Of a stretch of 32,000 nucleotides of DNA, positions 12,414 through 23,386 are shown in pieces. This DNA comes from Amoeboradix gromovi X-113. Taxonomy: Eukaryota; Fungi; Sanchytriomycota. The notes under the pieces are model-generated. The model was not told the DNA's origin, searched no databases, and saw nothing but the letters and a program-made list of their open reading frames with translations. Made by a program: the position numbers and the translations under genes. The number at the start of each line of letters is the position of its first letter. Positions within the stretch are counted from its first letter, which is position 1. The stretch is from positions 453 through 32,452 of the forward strand of contig JADGIF010000030.1 of the NCBI GenBank assembly GCA_018985225.1, in the 5' to 3' direction.

Positions 12414-13358
12414 ATGGCCCAACTGCTTTACAAAGATTTTTTGGAGTCTTTAACAACGATGGCGATAAATGATAGATTTCAGATACATTCATTTACTATG
12501 ATCGCAAGTGACTACAAACAGTTCCACGAAACCATTATTGAAGCATTTGATTCTGCTTTTCCAATCTCAGTAAACACCGAATTAGTTCTACTTGTGCTGG
12601 ATAGCATACTTAAGCACGCCGGTAGTGAGTATGTAATCAAATCAGAACCGTTAATTTTAAAATGGCTTCAGTTTGTCAAAAAAGGCAAATTAGTTCCCAA
12701 AGTCATTGAGACTTGGATTAAACTTCCTAAATCTAAATCCGCACCCTCTCCTGGTCCACTTTTTCCTAACATTGTCGATAGACTAGTTTTGTTTCTCAAG
12801 GAATATGACCATTCTGTAAATCTAAATTCTGAAATTCTACTTTCCATTGATGATTTTGCTTCTAATACCAACACCAAACCTTTCCAAATAAGAGACTATA
12901 TTAACTTTTACTTTAATCAGATTCCTGACAAGTGCCAGCAGTGCGGTATGAGGTTTATTGAGGAATCTAGATTTATACCTCATTTGGATGTTCACTATCG
13001 TGCCAACAGAAGGAAACAAGAAATGGCAATCCAGATTAGGCGTGGATGGTGGACCACTATTCATGAATGGATTAATCCTGTCACAATTGAGGATATCCAA
13101 CAACAGGAAAACGATGATGCCAACAACAATAGCAATAACAATAGCAAGACACAACAGGAGAAACCCAAAGAAGTCAAGTACTGCTCTGTGCCTTCTAATC
13201 GCAAGGAAGTCTTCTGCTTCATTTGCACTGAGAAATTTGATAAATTCTTCAATGACGAAGAGGAGGAATGGATGTTGAAGAATTGTCAACTAGTTGACAA
13301 CGAATATTACCATCCAGCATGTCTTCAAAGTCGCAAAAAACGGAAAATCCAGCAGTAA
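12414..13358 (+). CDS. PCF11: mRNA 3'-end processing factor Pcf11 (compact)
   Basis: CID domain with DSI motif (VLDSILKH), C2H2 finger CQQC...HLDVH, Clp1-binding RGWW segment and second finger CFIC.EKF...EEW...YHPAC. Confidence 0.92.
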   Translation: MAQLLYKDFLESLTTMAINDRFQIHSFTMIASDYKQFHETIIEAFDSAFPISVNTELVLLVLDSILKHAGSEYVIKSEPLILKWLQFVKKGKLVPKVIETWIKLPKSKSAPSPGPLFPNIVDRLVLFLKEYDHSVNLNSEILLSIDDFASNTNTKPFQIRDYINFYFNQIPDKCQQCGMRFIEESRFIPHLDVHYRANRRKQEMAIQIRRGWWTTIHEWINPVTIEDIQQQENDDANNNSNNNSKTQQEKPKEVKYCSVPSNRKEVFCFICTEKFDKFFNDEEEEWMLKNCQLVDNEYYHPACLQSRKKRKIQQ

Positions 13359-13380
13359 AATTGTAATAAATCACTTTTAT

Positions 13381-15537
13381 TTAATCCTCGGCTTCGTTTA
13401 TTGGTGATGCCGATCTTGGGGAATGGTGTTTACTTAGTTTACCAAATGCAAGATAATCAGACGTCATCTCGGGAACATTAATCTCTACATTTATTGAACA
13501 GCAGTCTATTATATTATGAGATACTTCATCAATTCCCAACTGCGTAAAGGGAATGTTTACGTTCGCCAAGTGACCATCTAAAATCAAAGGATGGGGCCTT
13601 TTGACTATACCAAGTACTAAGCAGAGCTCATCAACCAGTGTCGTGTATCTATACAATATTCTTAGATTGGGAACGTTGCTCTTCAATATATCATTTCCAC
13701 TGACACCACACTTTGTAAAATTAGGGCCCAACCAGAATTGTTTTAGCTTGCGCTCCCAACCGCATTGAAGCACAGAGTTCCTAGCTAATTCGCACATGTC
13801 TGTGCCTGATAGCTTATAAATCTGGGCAGCGACAGAGTACTCCTCGATCAAGGGCTCTCGGGTAAAATGAAATTGTAGCGGATCATCGGTGCTTAAAGAT
13901 ACATTCAGACCTCTGTTGTAATAGATAGGAAAGGGATTGCGCTCGTAACTAAGAAACAAAGCGTTATTACTCAATGGACTCATTGCAATGCCAATTTGAT
14001 GCAGATAATACAAATACTGCAGTGCAGGCACTTTGCGTAGCAGAATTCCATGGCTAATACCATAACTGGTTAAGAATGCACTAGCCAAGTGCTCTGTGTC
14101 ACCGGCCTCTCCGCTATGAGGTCTGAGGACAAAAGTATTTAAATTACGCTCTTTTCTAAGTTGGTTTAAAGTAGAAATATTAGCATACATGTAATAAAGA
14201 TAATAAGAGTAAGGCGGGTTATCATGCGACCATTCTTGAGGTAACGGATATTTCCTAAAAGTCCTTTTCTCGATTTTCGATTCATCATCAACAGAGTCAA
14301 ATCCAACAACACGCTGTAGGAATACATAAAGCTCCATGTTGGACTCAGGGTTAATGGTAACTTTGAAAAGTGGTTCAAACAAATTATCAAGGAATTCAGC
14401 AAAGTTTTTGACCAAATTCTTTTCCTTGTATAAGTTGTATAGCCTTGGCACTTGAATCAGCCATCTGATGTTGTTACTGAATATCTTGTTGTCTACTACC
14501 CATTTAGCAATTCCTGTCCATTCTAGTTTATTTCTCCCATAAATAGAAATCCTATACTCGGCCATTTGATATTTACTTTGCTCCAAGTCAGAACAGACCT
14601 CTTTAACTAGTTCGGCCATGTACCTGCCCTTGATGTGGTTATCGGTTTTCAAGAATATCTCCCTTAATCTCGACTCTCCCATTGGATTATACTTAAGATT
14701 GAACCTATCAAATCTATGAAAAGAGTCTTTATGGGCGTGCATGTCCAGTGTATCAATGCTCAGGTCATACGCTTGCAGTCCTAGAGATTGGAATACCTCG
14801 TTCAAAGTAAGATATTGAGCATCACGGTAAATAACAATTTCATCAGGGCATTTCTTAATTTTGGACTTGATAAACCGCAACAGATGCTTCTGGTTCATAG
14901 ACGATGCCAAATGAATGTGCGTATCAATCTTACGGACATTATAAAAGTCACGATGACTGTTTGATTTAGTTTCACTGATCTCTATATTCTCATTAACAAG
15001 TGAGTACATTTGATATTTAGCTTCCAAATATCTTAATCTTCTAAATGCAAATGTTTTTGTGGGTCCATCGCTGATAAAATCAATCAGAAAATCCAAATCT
15101 CTGTAATATTCACCCAATGATTTGACGATCGTAAGGCGCTTGTCATTGCGAAAGTAGTGAAATACACCATCAATCATTTTATAACTCACAGCATCATCAG
15201 CAGGTGGGAATTTCACATCGTTCAGGTTGAATTCCATTGGCACAGAGATTTCAATTCTTTCTTTTCCGATATAGCTAGGTGCCGGAGGATGCGGATAAAT
15301 ATCCCAGTCGGAACTATTCTTTGGATTGTCCTTATCTCTTTGGCGTGATTCAAGAATATTATTACTACGAATAGATAAGCATTTCTTGAAATTCGCCATG
15401 ATATCTCTTTCTGCTTCTGTCAACATGAAATTATATTTTATCTCTTGATCTTGACGATATGAATAGTAAGGGTTTTTGTTTGCGTTAATGTTTTGACCAT
15501 CTTCTGGAGATTCCATGATATCTTCGATGCGCTCCAT
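13381..15537 (-). CDS. AMD1: AMP deaminase
   Basis: RDFYNVRKIDTHIH, FHRFDRFNLKYNP, GFDSVDDESK, LRPHSGEAG, SPLSNNALF and SLSTDDPLQFH. Confidence 0.98.
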   Translation of the reverse strand: MERIEDIMESPEDGQNINANKNPYYSYRQDQEIKYNFMLTEAERDIMANFKKCLSIRSNNILESRQRDKDNPKNSSDWDIYPHPPAPSYIGKERIEISVPMEFNLNDVKFPPADDAVSYKMIDGVFHYFRNDKRLTIVKSLGEYYRDLDFLIDFISDGPTKTFAFRRLRYLEAKYQMYSLVNENIEISETKSNSHRDFYNVRKIDTHIHLASSMNQKHLLRFIKSKIKKCPDEIVIYRDAQYLTLNEVFQSLGLQAYDLSIDTLDMHAHKDSFHRFDRFNLKYNPMGESRLREIFLKTDNHIKGRYMAELVKEVCSDLEQSKYQMAEYRISIYGRNKLEWTGIAKWVVDNKIFSNNIRWLIQVPRLYNLYKEKNLVKNFAEFLDNLFEPLFKVTINPESNMELYVFLQRVVGFDSVDDESKIEKRTFRKYPLPQEWSHDNPPYSYYLYYMYANISTLNQLRKERNLNTFVLRPHSGEAGDTEHLASAFLTSYGISHGILLRKVPALQYLYYLHQIGIAMSPLSNNALFLSYERNPFPIYYNRGLNVSLSTDDPLQFHFTREPLIEEYSVAAQIYKLSGTDMCELARNSVLQCGWERKLKQFWLGPNFTKCGVSGNDILKSNVPNLRILYRYTTLVDELCLVLGIVKRPHPLILDGHLANVNIPFTQLGIDEVSHNIIDCCSINVEINVPEMTSDYLAFGKLSKHHSPRSASPINEAED

Positions 15538-15585
15538 AATTCTATGTTACAAATGAATGGGGAAATCGGATTAATACTTTATTTA

Positions 15586-16131
15586 TTAATTTTGCAATTT
15601 AAAATAGGATCTTATTGGTAAGCTTTTTAGTGGGAATAATATCTGATCAATTTTGGTATCCAAGTCTCTCAACTGAGTGTCATAATCGTATTCCATCTTT
15701 CTGCATATTTTTGGTTGAACATTACCTTTATTTCTAATTGCATCGGCTTCCATGGCTTTCCTTACAAACATTGACCTTTGTTCTTCTTCTGACTTAATGC
15801 TAAAAGAATTGTTTTCGTATTTCTCATTCATTACAACTGACTTCCATAGCTCTTTTTTGTTCGGAGCTTCCAAGACTCCCCACAAATAATTGCGTTTCTT
15901 TTTTAGCTCGAAAGAAAGAATACCAGAGCTTTTACTAATAACTGACAATTTCTCAACTATTGGCTCTAAAAATAACACATAAAAATGTGTTTGCCCATCG
16001 TAAACCTTCAAATGGGAGTCAAATAAATGAATTCTAGAATTCCATGAAGCGTTTAACTCCAAAAATACACGCTCTTCATTTTCTGACCATGATTTTAACA
16101 TAATTTGAAACGTACAAAAAGTTGACACCAT
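15586..16131 (-). CDS. CS/p23-domain protein resembling the N-terminal half of DNAAF4 (DYX1C1)
   Basis: W-S-E...VFLEL, HLKV, LxxPI, SGILSFELKK...LWGVL fit a CS domain. This is followed by a charged coil with KAMEAD and a P-x-R-S motif as in DYX1C1. No TPRs. Confidence 0.6.
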   Translation of the reverse strand: MVSTFCTFQIMLKSWSENEERVFLELNASWNSRIHLFDSHLKVYDGQTHFYVLFLEPIVEKLSVISKSSGILSFELKKKRNYLWGVLEAPNKKELWKSVVMNEKYENNSFSIKSEEEQRSMFVRKAMEADAIRNKGNVQPKICRKMEYDYDTQLRDLDTKIDQILFPLKSLPIRSYFKLQN

Positions 16132-16694
16132 TAATATAATAACTTAAACAAGTACTAAAACTGATTGTGCTCAAGTGCGGTGGACTTGGATTCTTTGGCT
16201 GATGATGCATAGTATGTAAAACTAAACCAAGTACTTGCAACTAAAGATATCGCAAGATTAATAACAATAAATTTATTTACAAGTTTGTCAGACAGTTAGG
16301 ATGCTTCTGATGTACATGCTCAGCCTACTTTTTGGAAAAACAATGAAGAAGATTAGTTGTTAATATGGCAAACGATAGCTGTGCGGGACATAAGGAAAGT
16401 TATTCGAAAGCAAAAGTGAGTGATAAAAAATGGCTTATCATGGGAATGCACGTTGTAGACACAGTCACAGAGATCCAAGATTATGCCATTTGGTGCGGTG
16501 ATGTTTCCACAGATGTGAAAGCGTTTATCAACCATCTTCAATTCACTGAATGTCTTCTAACAAATGGTGAAAGACAGAGAAAATGATGGCGTAAATACTT
16601 TGCTCATTCCTTATGTGATGAATTTTGCGGTAACTCTGTAAAATTGGTTGGAGTATTAGTCTCTAAACTGAAAATTTGAGGAGTAAATTTGGAG

Positions 16695-17711
16695 ATGGCA
16701 TTCGAAGAATTTACATCTTTAGTAAACTTCAGATACAGAGTTGTACTGTCTACCTTATTACAAAGACCAATAGTTTTCAAAGCACAATTGCAAGATCATC
16801 ATTTGAGTTTCCTGAGATTAGTTGGCAAGTTATGTGATGGATCTACCTCTCAAGTGACACATGACCAATGCGTATTTAAACCTGGACTAGTGACTGGAGG
16901 TGAGATTAAATTTAATTGTGTGAAGGACTGCTGCTGGTACCTTTTACCTTTGCTGCCGTTATTTCTATTTTTGAAAAAGCCTCTGGAGTTAAATATATCT
17001 GGTCAAACTGATGGAGTATGCACCTTGGAAATCATAAAGGAGCATGCAATACCTTTTTTAAAAAACTATGGTGCTAATGTTGACGGTGTAGACTTTGTTT
17101 TCCATTCAAGAGGATATTTTAAAGGTACTACTGGATCCGCTACGTTAAAATGGCCACTTTCTGCTACTGTTAAAGTTTTAAATCCTTACATAATGTCTAA
17201 GTGTGGTAAAGTAATAAAAATAAGGGGAACAACCACAGGAACAAAATGCCCTCCTGCAACGTTGAACACTATTATAGGTACTTCTCGTAAAATATTCTCA
17301 GAATTCATTCCTGACGTATATGTGTACTCTATTTTTTCACAGGGCAGCCATCCAGGATATTTGTTGAGCATGATTGCGCACACAACTACTGAGCTAACAT
17401 ACGCCGCATGTTCAGTTGGTCAGGCTAGAGTGAACCCATCCGACATTGCTAATAAATGTTGTGAAAATTTATTTAGAACAATAAAGACTTCGTATTTAGA
17501 TCCCCACCTACAAATTCCAGCACTGTTATTAGCCTCCTGTTGCGAATACACATGTACTATAATGGTTAAAAAGCAATCTAGAGGCACATGGCAGTTTATT
17601 GAAGATCTAGAACGAATGACTAACAAAAAGGTTTTAATAAATGGAGAAGCTCCATTTGAGATTAAGTTATCTGGAATTCCATTGAAGAATATCAATAGAG
17701 AAATAAAATAA
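16695..17711 (+). CDS. RCL1: RNA 3'-terminal phosphate cyclase-like protein Rcl1
   Basis: NFRYRVVLSTL, SFLRLV.KLCDGS, FKPGLVTGG, YLLPLLPL.LF.KKPL...GQT, RG(Y/F) and FIPDVYV. Confidence 0.9.
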   Translation: MAFEEFTSLVNFRYRVVLSTLLQRPIVFKAQLQDHHLSFLRLVGKLCDGSTSQVTHDQCVFKPGLVTGGEIKFNCVKDCCWYLLPLLPLFLFLKKPLELNISGQTDGVCTLEIIKEHAIPFLKNYGANVDGVDFVFHSRGYFKGTTGSATLKWPLSATVKVLNPYIMSKCGKVIKIRGTTTGTKCPPATLNTIIGTSRKIFSEFIPDVYVYSIFSQGSHPGYLLSMIAHTTTELTYAACSVGQARVNPSDIANKCCENLFRTIKTSYLDPHLQIPALLLASCCEYTCTIMVKKQSRGTWQFIEDLERMTNKKVLINGEAPFEIKLSGIPLKNINREIK

Positions 17712-18168
17712 AACCCCTTCTCATTCTGAATTTATATTTAGCGTCTCTTGCAACTTAAGTTTTAGATAAATAGTAATATACTTCATATTATATCTCAATT
17801 TCTTGCTATCGGGATAAGTTCTGCGAATCATAGAGAAATGTGATGCTAGCATGCATAACTTGAATAAAAATTGCACTTTTTTATGAATGAACAAGAACCA
17901 GTAGTAATACGTATAGAACGAATAGGGACACACACTATTTTTTAGCTACCTGAACTTCTCTAAACAACAGTTACCATCTTGTAATAATTCATTTCGGAAA
18001 TAGCAATCTTATGTATAATATATATAGTATGGACATATTTACCTGTAACCATTTAATCACTATAATTGGTGATTTAAATTGAAGCAAATAAAAAGTTCCA
18101 CAAAACAACCAAATACCCATCAAAAAAGCATATACTTGCAATTGCATACTTATAATTATATAGATAAT

Positions 18169-18432
18169 TTATTTACCTTTTTTCATTTCTTTCACGGTAT
18201 TCCAACTTACAGAGATTCCAGATTTATAATGTGAGACCAAAGCTGCTATAGCAGTTAAACCACTACCTGTCAAAACCAGAGCCACTGGAGAAAATGACAA
18301 CATTTGAATTGTGGCAAATACCCCAACACCAGCAGTAATCCCAAGATACAGATTTACTTGTACATCCACAGCTATATTATTTAAAATTACCTCGAAACAC
18401 AATTTCCTTCCATTGTTTTTCAATTTTTTCAA
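18169..18432 (-). CDS. Possible small membrane protein or gene fragment
   Basis: Two hydrophobic stretches, no ATG start, located in the accessory region. Confidence 0.25.
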   Translation of the reverse strand: MKKLKNNGRKLCFEVILNNIAVDVQVNLYLGITAGVGVFATIQMLSFSPVALVLTGSGLTAIAALVSHYKSGISVSWNTVKEMKKGK

Positions 18433-18754
18433 TTCTATCTATATCATAAGTTGATTCTAAAACAATATGAGAAAGAAGTTGAATACAATATAGACAGAAG
18501 TTGAATACAAAAGTGTCTACAATTTAAATAAAATCCATATTTTTCAATCGTAAATATTTGAGGTAGATGTAGCAATACACTCTGTTCAATCGCTACAGGA
18601 GAAAAGTCATCTATCAAAATAGGTTCTTCGAGATGAGTTATTTCATTTATAATAAAACCTGTGCTACTATAATCATATTTGTAATAACGTTTTGAAAGTT
18701 CTAATATCAAAGCAGTATGATTTACCTCTGATAATCCAGAGACTACAAACCAGA

Positions 18755-18897
18755 TGGGACATGCTCTGTAAAAACTAGACTAGGGGTAAAAAGTGGGTGA
18801 CGAGATAAAGCCAATTAAAGTTGTTTCTTGACAATACTCTGTAAAAAGTAGACTAGGAGTTGTTTCATTGAATATGCTATGTGAAATATAGTCTAAG
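18755..18897 (+). repeat. Transposon-terminus-like sequence with a subterminal repeat array
   Basis: 30-mer TGGGACATGCTCTGTAAAAACTAGACTAGG (18755-18784), then tandem 39/40-nt units 18819-18857 and 18858-18897 ending in TAGACTAGG and TAGTCTAAG. Same family as 23767-24004. Confidence 0.7.
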
Positions 18898-18997
18898 AAT
18901 TCTGAATATTATTAAAAAAATTCGTTGATGATTGATTGGTGCTTCAATCATTTATTTACTTTCTTCTATAATTTTTTCGTGAAAATTCAAATCAAAT

Positions 18998-20719
18998 ATG
19001 GAGAAAGAAATTGACGAAAAATTTGAAAATAAACCATTTGAGACCATTTCTAAATCTAAGGCATGGAAGTGTTTTGAAGGAATAAATAATCCTGAGTACG
19101 ACCTAGATTGCTACTTAATACCTCTTGAATTATGGAAAAATGAAGATGAGCGACTACTTGGGATTCTAGAATATAAATATGCTTTTAGATCTGTCATTCA
19201 CTCTGAGAGTATCTTGAAAAAGAATTTCCCTACAAGTTTCCTTAAGGATTTGACGTTAGTAACTATTAAAGAAATTGTGAATGCAATCACTGGCTTAATT
19301 GTTGTAGACAAAGTGGACTCTTTAAACGACACAATCACATTATCTGACTTGGTTATGGAAGACGGTAAAACAGATATAATTGAGGCTGTTGTTGGAGTTG
19401 AAGATAACTCATTGACATGCAACTGCAAACATTTTGCAACGCTACGCAAATTGTCACAAAAGAGGAAAAGATCTAAACTTTCTCATTTCTGCAAACATTG
19501 TTTCTTTGTTTCTCATGTCATATTGAAAAGAGACAGTGAACACATTTTAGACTTTACAGTCCAAGATCTTTCATCATTCTTCATAGTGCATGGCCACTTT
19601 GATGTTTATAGTCAAACCAAGAGTGACCAGAGTATTATTGATCTAGTGTGGTGTCCAGTGTGTGAGCAACTACTTTTAAAATCGAAATTAGAATCTTATA
19701 AAGACAACAGTTACTGCGTATTCCATTGCTCTGTCTATTTAAAGACTTTTATGTATTACAATGAAAAGAAACAGCAAATGGAAAGCAAGGCTTATTTATC
19801 TAAATTTCGTCTGTTTAATAATCAATTTATCCAAGATATTTCTAATATGGATCCCTTGATGATAAATCACTGGGGTCTATTGCATATTCTTGTTGATATC
19901 AAAGATAAAAGCATCATCTTTAATGAAGAGATCTTGAAAGAATGGCAACTGTATCTGGATCAATCACCACCAGGTATGGGTGTAAATAACTGCCTTGATG
20001 TATTCGTATTTGATAGAGCGTATCTAAACAAGATCGCTACAGAATTGGTTGATTTTTATGCTAAAACTGAATCATCAGAAGCATTTGAAAACACATTCAT
20101 CTGGAAATATAGCAAGACAAACAATCAGCCGATTCTAAAAGGCAGATTCACACAAATCCTGGATACTTGCGATATAACTGATTATGAGTTTGTATTCCAT
20201 GCAACAAATTTGGAATCAGCTGTCTCCATCTCGGAACGTGTTGAACCAATTTCTACAAGAAATGCAACAGACCTGGGTCCCGGCTTTTATTGTGGTACTG
20301 ACATGAACACATGCATTAGTTATGCACTTTCAAAAGATGGAAGAGTGAAAGACAAGAAATATGAAAAGGAATATGTTTATGTTGCTGTTGTATGCTTTGC
20401 AGTTGAAAAGACTGTGGTCGAATTGGAAATAAATGATGATGATCAATTGAAACAATTCATTTGGTCTAATAGAATGAGTAACTATGATGGCATGACCTCG
20501 GATGATAAAAACAGTTTAAGGTCGTTTAGAGGAAAGAGTATTAAAAGCAAAACGGGGTTTATTGAGAAATCGGGATCATGGAAAGGAATCAGATTAGATG
20601 TCAATAAAATTCAGATTAAATATGATGAAAATCATAACGATCATTTAAATAAAGGATTACTTGGTATTTGTATTATTAAAAGAAATTTGAGAGATTACAA
20701 CAGAGAATTTAAAAACTAA
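18998..20719 (+). CDS. SWIM zinc finger + degenerate RING-like region + DUF3990-like ADP-ribosyltransferase-fold protein
   Basis: CNC...FCKHCFFV (SWIM). CPVC...FHC (RING remnant). FHATN...DLGPGFY...SYA...VVCF...FIWSNR parallels the YHGS...DFGxGFY...WA...FxxxNR pattern of DUF3990/PARP-like ARTs. Confidence 0.7.
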   Translation: MEKEIDEKFENKPFETISKSKAWKCFEGINNPEYDLDCYLIPLELWKNEDERLLGILEYKYAFRSVIHSESILKKNFPTSFLKDLTLVTIKEIVNAITGLIVVDKVDSLNDTITLSDLVMEDGKTDIIEAVVGVEDNSLTCNCKHFATLRKLSQKRKRSKLSHFCKHCFFVSHVILKRDSEHILDFTVQDLSSFFIVHGHFDVYSQTKSDQSIIDLVWCPVCEQLLLKSKLESYKDNSYCVFHCSVYLKTFMYYNEKKQQMESKAYLSKFRLFNNQFIQDISNMDPLMINHWGLLHILVDIKDKSIIFNEEILKEWQLYLDQSPPGMGVNNCLDVFVFDRAYLNKIATELVDFYAKTESSEAFENTFIWKYSKTNNQPILKGRFTQILDTCDITDYEFVFHATNLESAVSISERVEPISTRNATDLGPGFYCGTDMNTCISYALSKDGRVKDKKYEKEYVYVAVVCFAVEKTVVELEINDDDQLKQFIWSNRMSNYDGMTSDDKNSLRSFRGKSIKSKTGFIEKSGSWKGIRLDVNKIQIKYDENHNDHLNKGLLGICIIKRNLRDYNREFKN

Positions 20720-20983
20720 ATACTTCTTGTAGATAACTAATGAAGAGTTTTTGTATTTTTTAATTGGGTTGGTTTGCTTCCCTTATTTTATTCAGACACA
20801 ATCCTAGTTGAATAAATTCATTTCTTCACGAGTTGATCAGCTATTTTTTTGAGTAAAAATAATAGCAATGGAACTAAAGGGACAAAACAACAATGTCATC
20901 AACAGTCATGAACACCAGTCAATTTACAACATCTTTAGCTGGTTCCAATATTATTGTGAATTGTTAAAATTACAATAATTACA

Positions 20984-23340
20984 GAGCAGTTATGTTACTC
21001 ACCATTCTGATCTCTTAATATGCTCAAAAAGTTGTGACCAACTCCTTTGCTTATATATTCTTTACCATCACCCCAATGAGCTATTGCTCCTATAATAAAC
21101 ATTTACTCGTAAATGACATCATCTAATTGGTCAACGATAAAAATTACTATAAACACCAAAGTCCGACAAGAAATAAAGTAGTCTGTATTGGTTCGATTAT
21201 CAATTAAACAACAGCGCATTATTGGAACAAGTACTCATAGAAAGGTATAAATAGCGCATCATCTTTTCTCATCATGTCAATCAGAAATCCTTTTCATTCT
21301 CAAGAGTCAAAATTCACACAGTCTCAATCGCTTACAACATTAGACTCTATAGCACAGGGAAGTGAGGAGGAAGTGGAACCTATTGCCTTTGACAAGCCAG
21401 GCTGGTTGGAAAAATGTAAAAACTTGTCATGCTGTACTTTCAAATGTCTACAACTGACTCCACCAGATATACTAGCTTTATTTTCTGATAAATTTCAAGC
21501 CCTTGTTAAACCGGAACGTGATATATTCATCAAAGGTATCCTTTCAGCTTGTGAGGTGACAAGCTTGTCTAATAATATAACCAAAAAGCAATTCAAATAT
21601 TCAGTCTATCCATTTGGAAAGGTATACAGAGGTGCTCTGACTACCTTGCTAACCATCTCTCGTCAACAATGTCAGAACATCATAAACGACTTGGATCATT
21701 TCAAGTCTAGAAATCATGGCAATACAGGCAAGGTATTTAATCATGCACTAACGTCTCAAGAGAAAGCTTGCATAAAAGAATGGTTGTTTGACTTTGCTGA
21801 TCTTCATGGCGAACAAAGACCTGGGAGAACGTATAGGTACAAACAGGCTAAGAGGACAAGAGACATTATACTTCTTTGGCTGCCTTCAGACTTTACCATC
21901 GACAAATTACATCAAATCTACTTGACAACTCAGAATGCCATTGCCATTGGATATGAGACATTTAGACGTTTATATCATGATTGTGATAGTATACGAATAT
22001 GATCACTTAGAAGTGACATGTGTGATACGAGTATAGAATTCAAAATGCTATTGTCGTCCAGTGATCTTTCAGAAACAAGCTTGCTTCAAATCACAAAAGA
22101 CTTTCATGATCATCTGAAACAAGCCAAAGTAGCTAGGCTAGACTATAATCAATGCAAAGCAAGAGATGGAACAACTACACTTTCATTTGACTTTAGTCAG
22201 AATTTATGTCTACCTCAGTTAAAAGATCAGCCTTCAGAACTTTATTTTTTATCATTACTAAATGTTTCTTTGTTTGGAATCCATAACGAGTCGATAAAGA
22301 AACAAGTCAATTATGTGTATAGAGAAGATGAAGGCAAAAAAGGTAGTAATAATGTAGCTAGTATGTTGGTAGACTACATCTACAGACTTTCAAATGATGC
22401 AAGGAAAAATCTAGTCTTGTTTGCAGACAACTGTGTTGGACAAAACAAAAACAATACCATCGTCAAGTTACTTTGCTGGTTTTGTGTGTCTGGGGTATGT
22501 GAGTCTATTCAATTGACTTTTATGATTAAAGGTCATACTAAATTTAGCCCAGACAGCTGCTTTGGTCATGTCAAAAAGAAATTCTATAGCCAAGATGTTT
22601 ATACAGTGGGTCAAATAAAAGAGGTAGTGGAATCATCTTCTACTTCCAATAGTAAATGCATTGAATTTCCTTCAAAGCGTTTTAAAGACTATCGTTCCAA
22701 GTTGGATTCCTTTTTCAATGATATTTCAGGTATTGCAGGCTATCAGTCCTTTATATTTAATTCCAGTAGGCCTGGTGTGGTTGTGTTGAAAAAGTTGATC
22801 AATGATCCATCAAGTTTAGATACCGTGATAGATCTTCGGAAAGATGAACACTTGACTTTATATGAGTATGCTTTTCAACCTGAACTGCTAGAAAAGCCAT
22901 GTCTGACGGAAAGAAAGAAAAAGGATTTGGGAAAGGTTATAAAGTACATGCCTGAGCACGTGAGAGACACTTTGTTGAGTTGAATAAGAGAATAGGAGTA
23001 AAAGAAATTTATTCAGAATCATCTATTTTGTAATAGAAAACACAAACCTATCAACCAAAATACACATTTTAAATGTATTGACCACAAATCTAGAATTAGA
23101 CAAAATCGATGAACTCAATAAAAATCCTTTATTAACTTCTTTTCGACCAATTAATACATGTCCAATAACAAAAGTCTTCTTTAATTGGTCAGATACCATG
23201 TTACACGGTTATGATTGGTCATGTTCTTTGGACAATACTTGTAAACAAATCAGGAACCATTCAGCTATTGCGTGTGAGCGTACTGGTCATTATTTCATTC
23301 ACACTCGATTTCTATGGGTAACAGTCTAACTAATGAGCTC
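20984..23340 (+). mobile_element. Candidate extent of the Sola-like DNA transposon
   Basis: Left end GAGCAGTTATGTTAC (20984) versus right GTAACA-gtc-TAACT-aatga-GCTC ending at 23340, a gapped inverted match with GAG...CTC ends. TAATTGGTC occurs at 21124, inverted at 23145 and at 23182. No TSD found, so the boundaries are tentative. Confidence 0.4.
21274..22983 (+). pseudogene. Sola-like DDD transposase with one in-frame stop
   Basis: ORFs 21274-22002 and 22018-22983 are in the same frame, separated by TGA 22000-22002. Motifs SDMCD, DFSQN..LP, EGKKGSN, FADNCVGQNKNN and GHTKFSPDSCFG. Confidence 0.8.
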
Positions 23341-23386
23341 CATTTTATCCGTAATGAATGTACTAAATGATAAAACAAGTTTTGAT

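Noticed and set aside
16132-16690. Small gene(s) or ncRNA, including an intron-like 20-mer GTATGTAAAACTAAACCAAG at 16212-16231 and an ACAGAGA (U6-like) motif near 16574
   Set aside because: No splice model gave a recognisable protein, and the rest of the U6 consensus is missing. Left unannotated.
18755-18897. CRISPR-like repeat-spacer array, or an LTR pair with 23767-23875
   Set aside because: Only 2-3 degenerate units, no cas genes, eukaryotic context and poor similarity between the motifs. An inverted copy at 23975-24004 favours TIRs.
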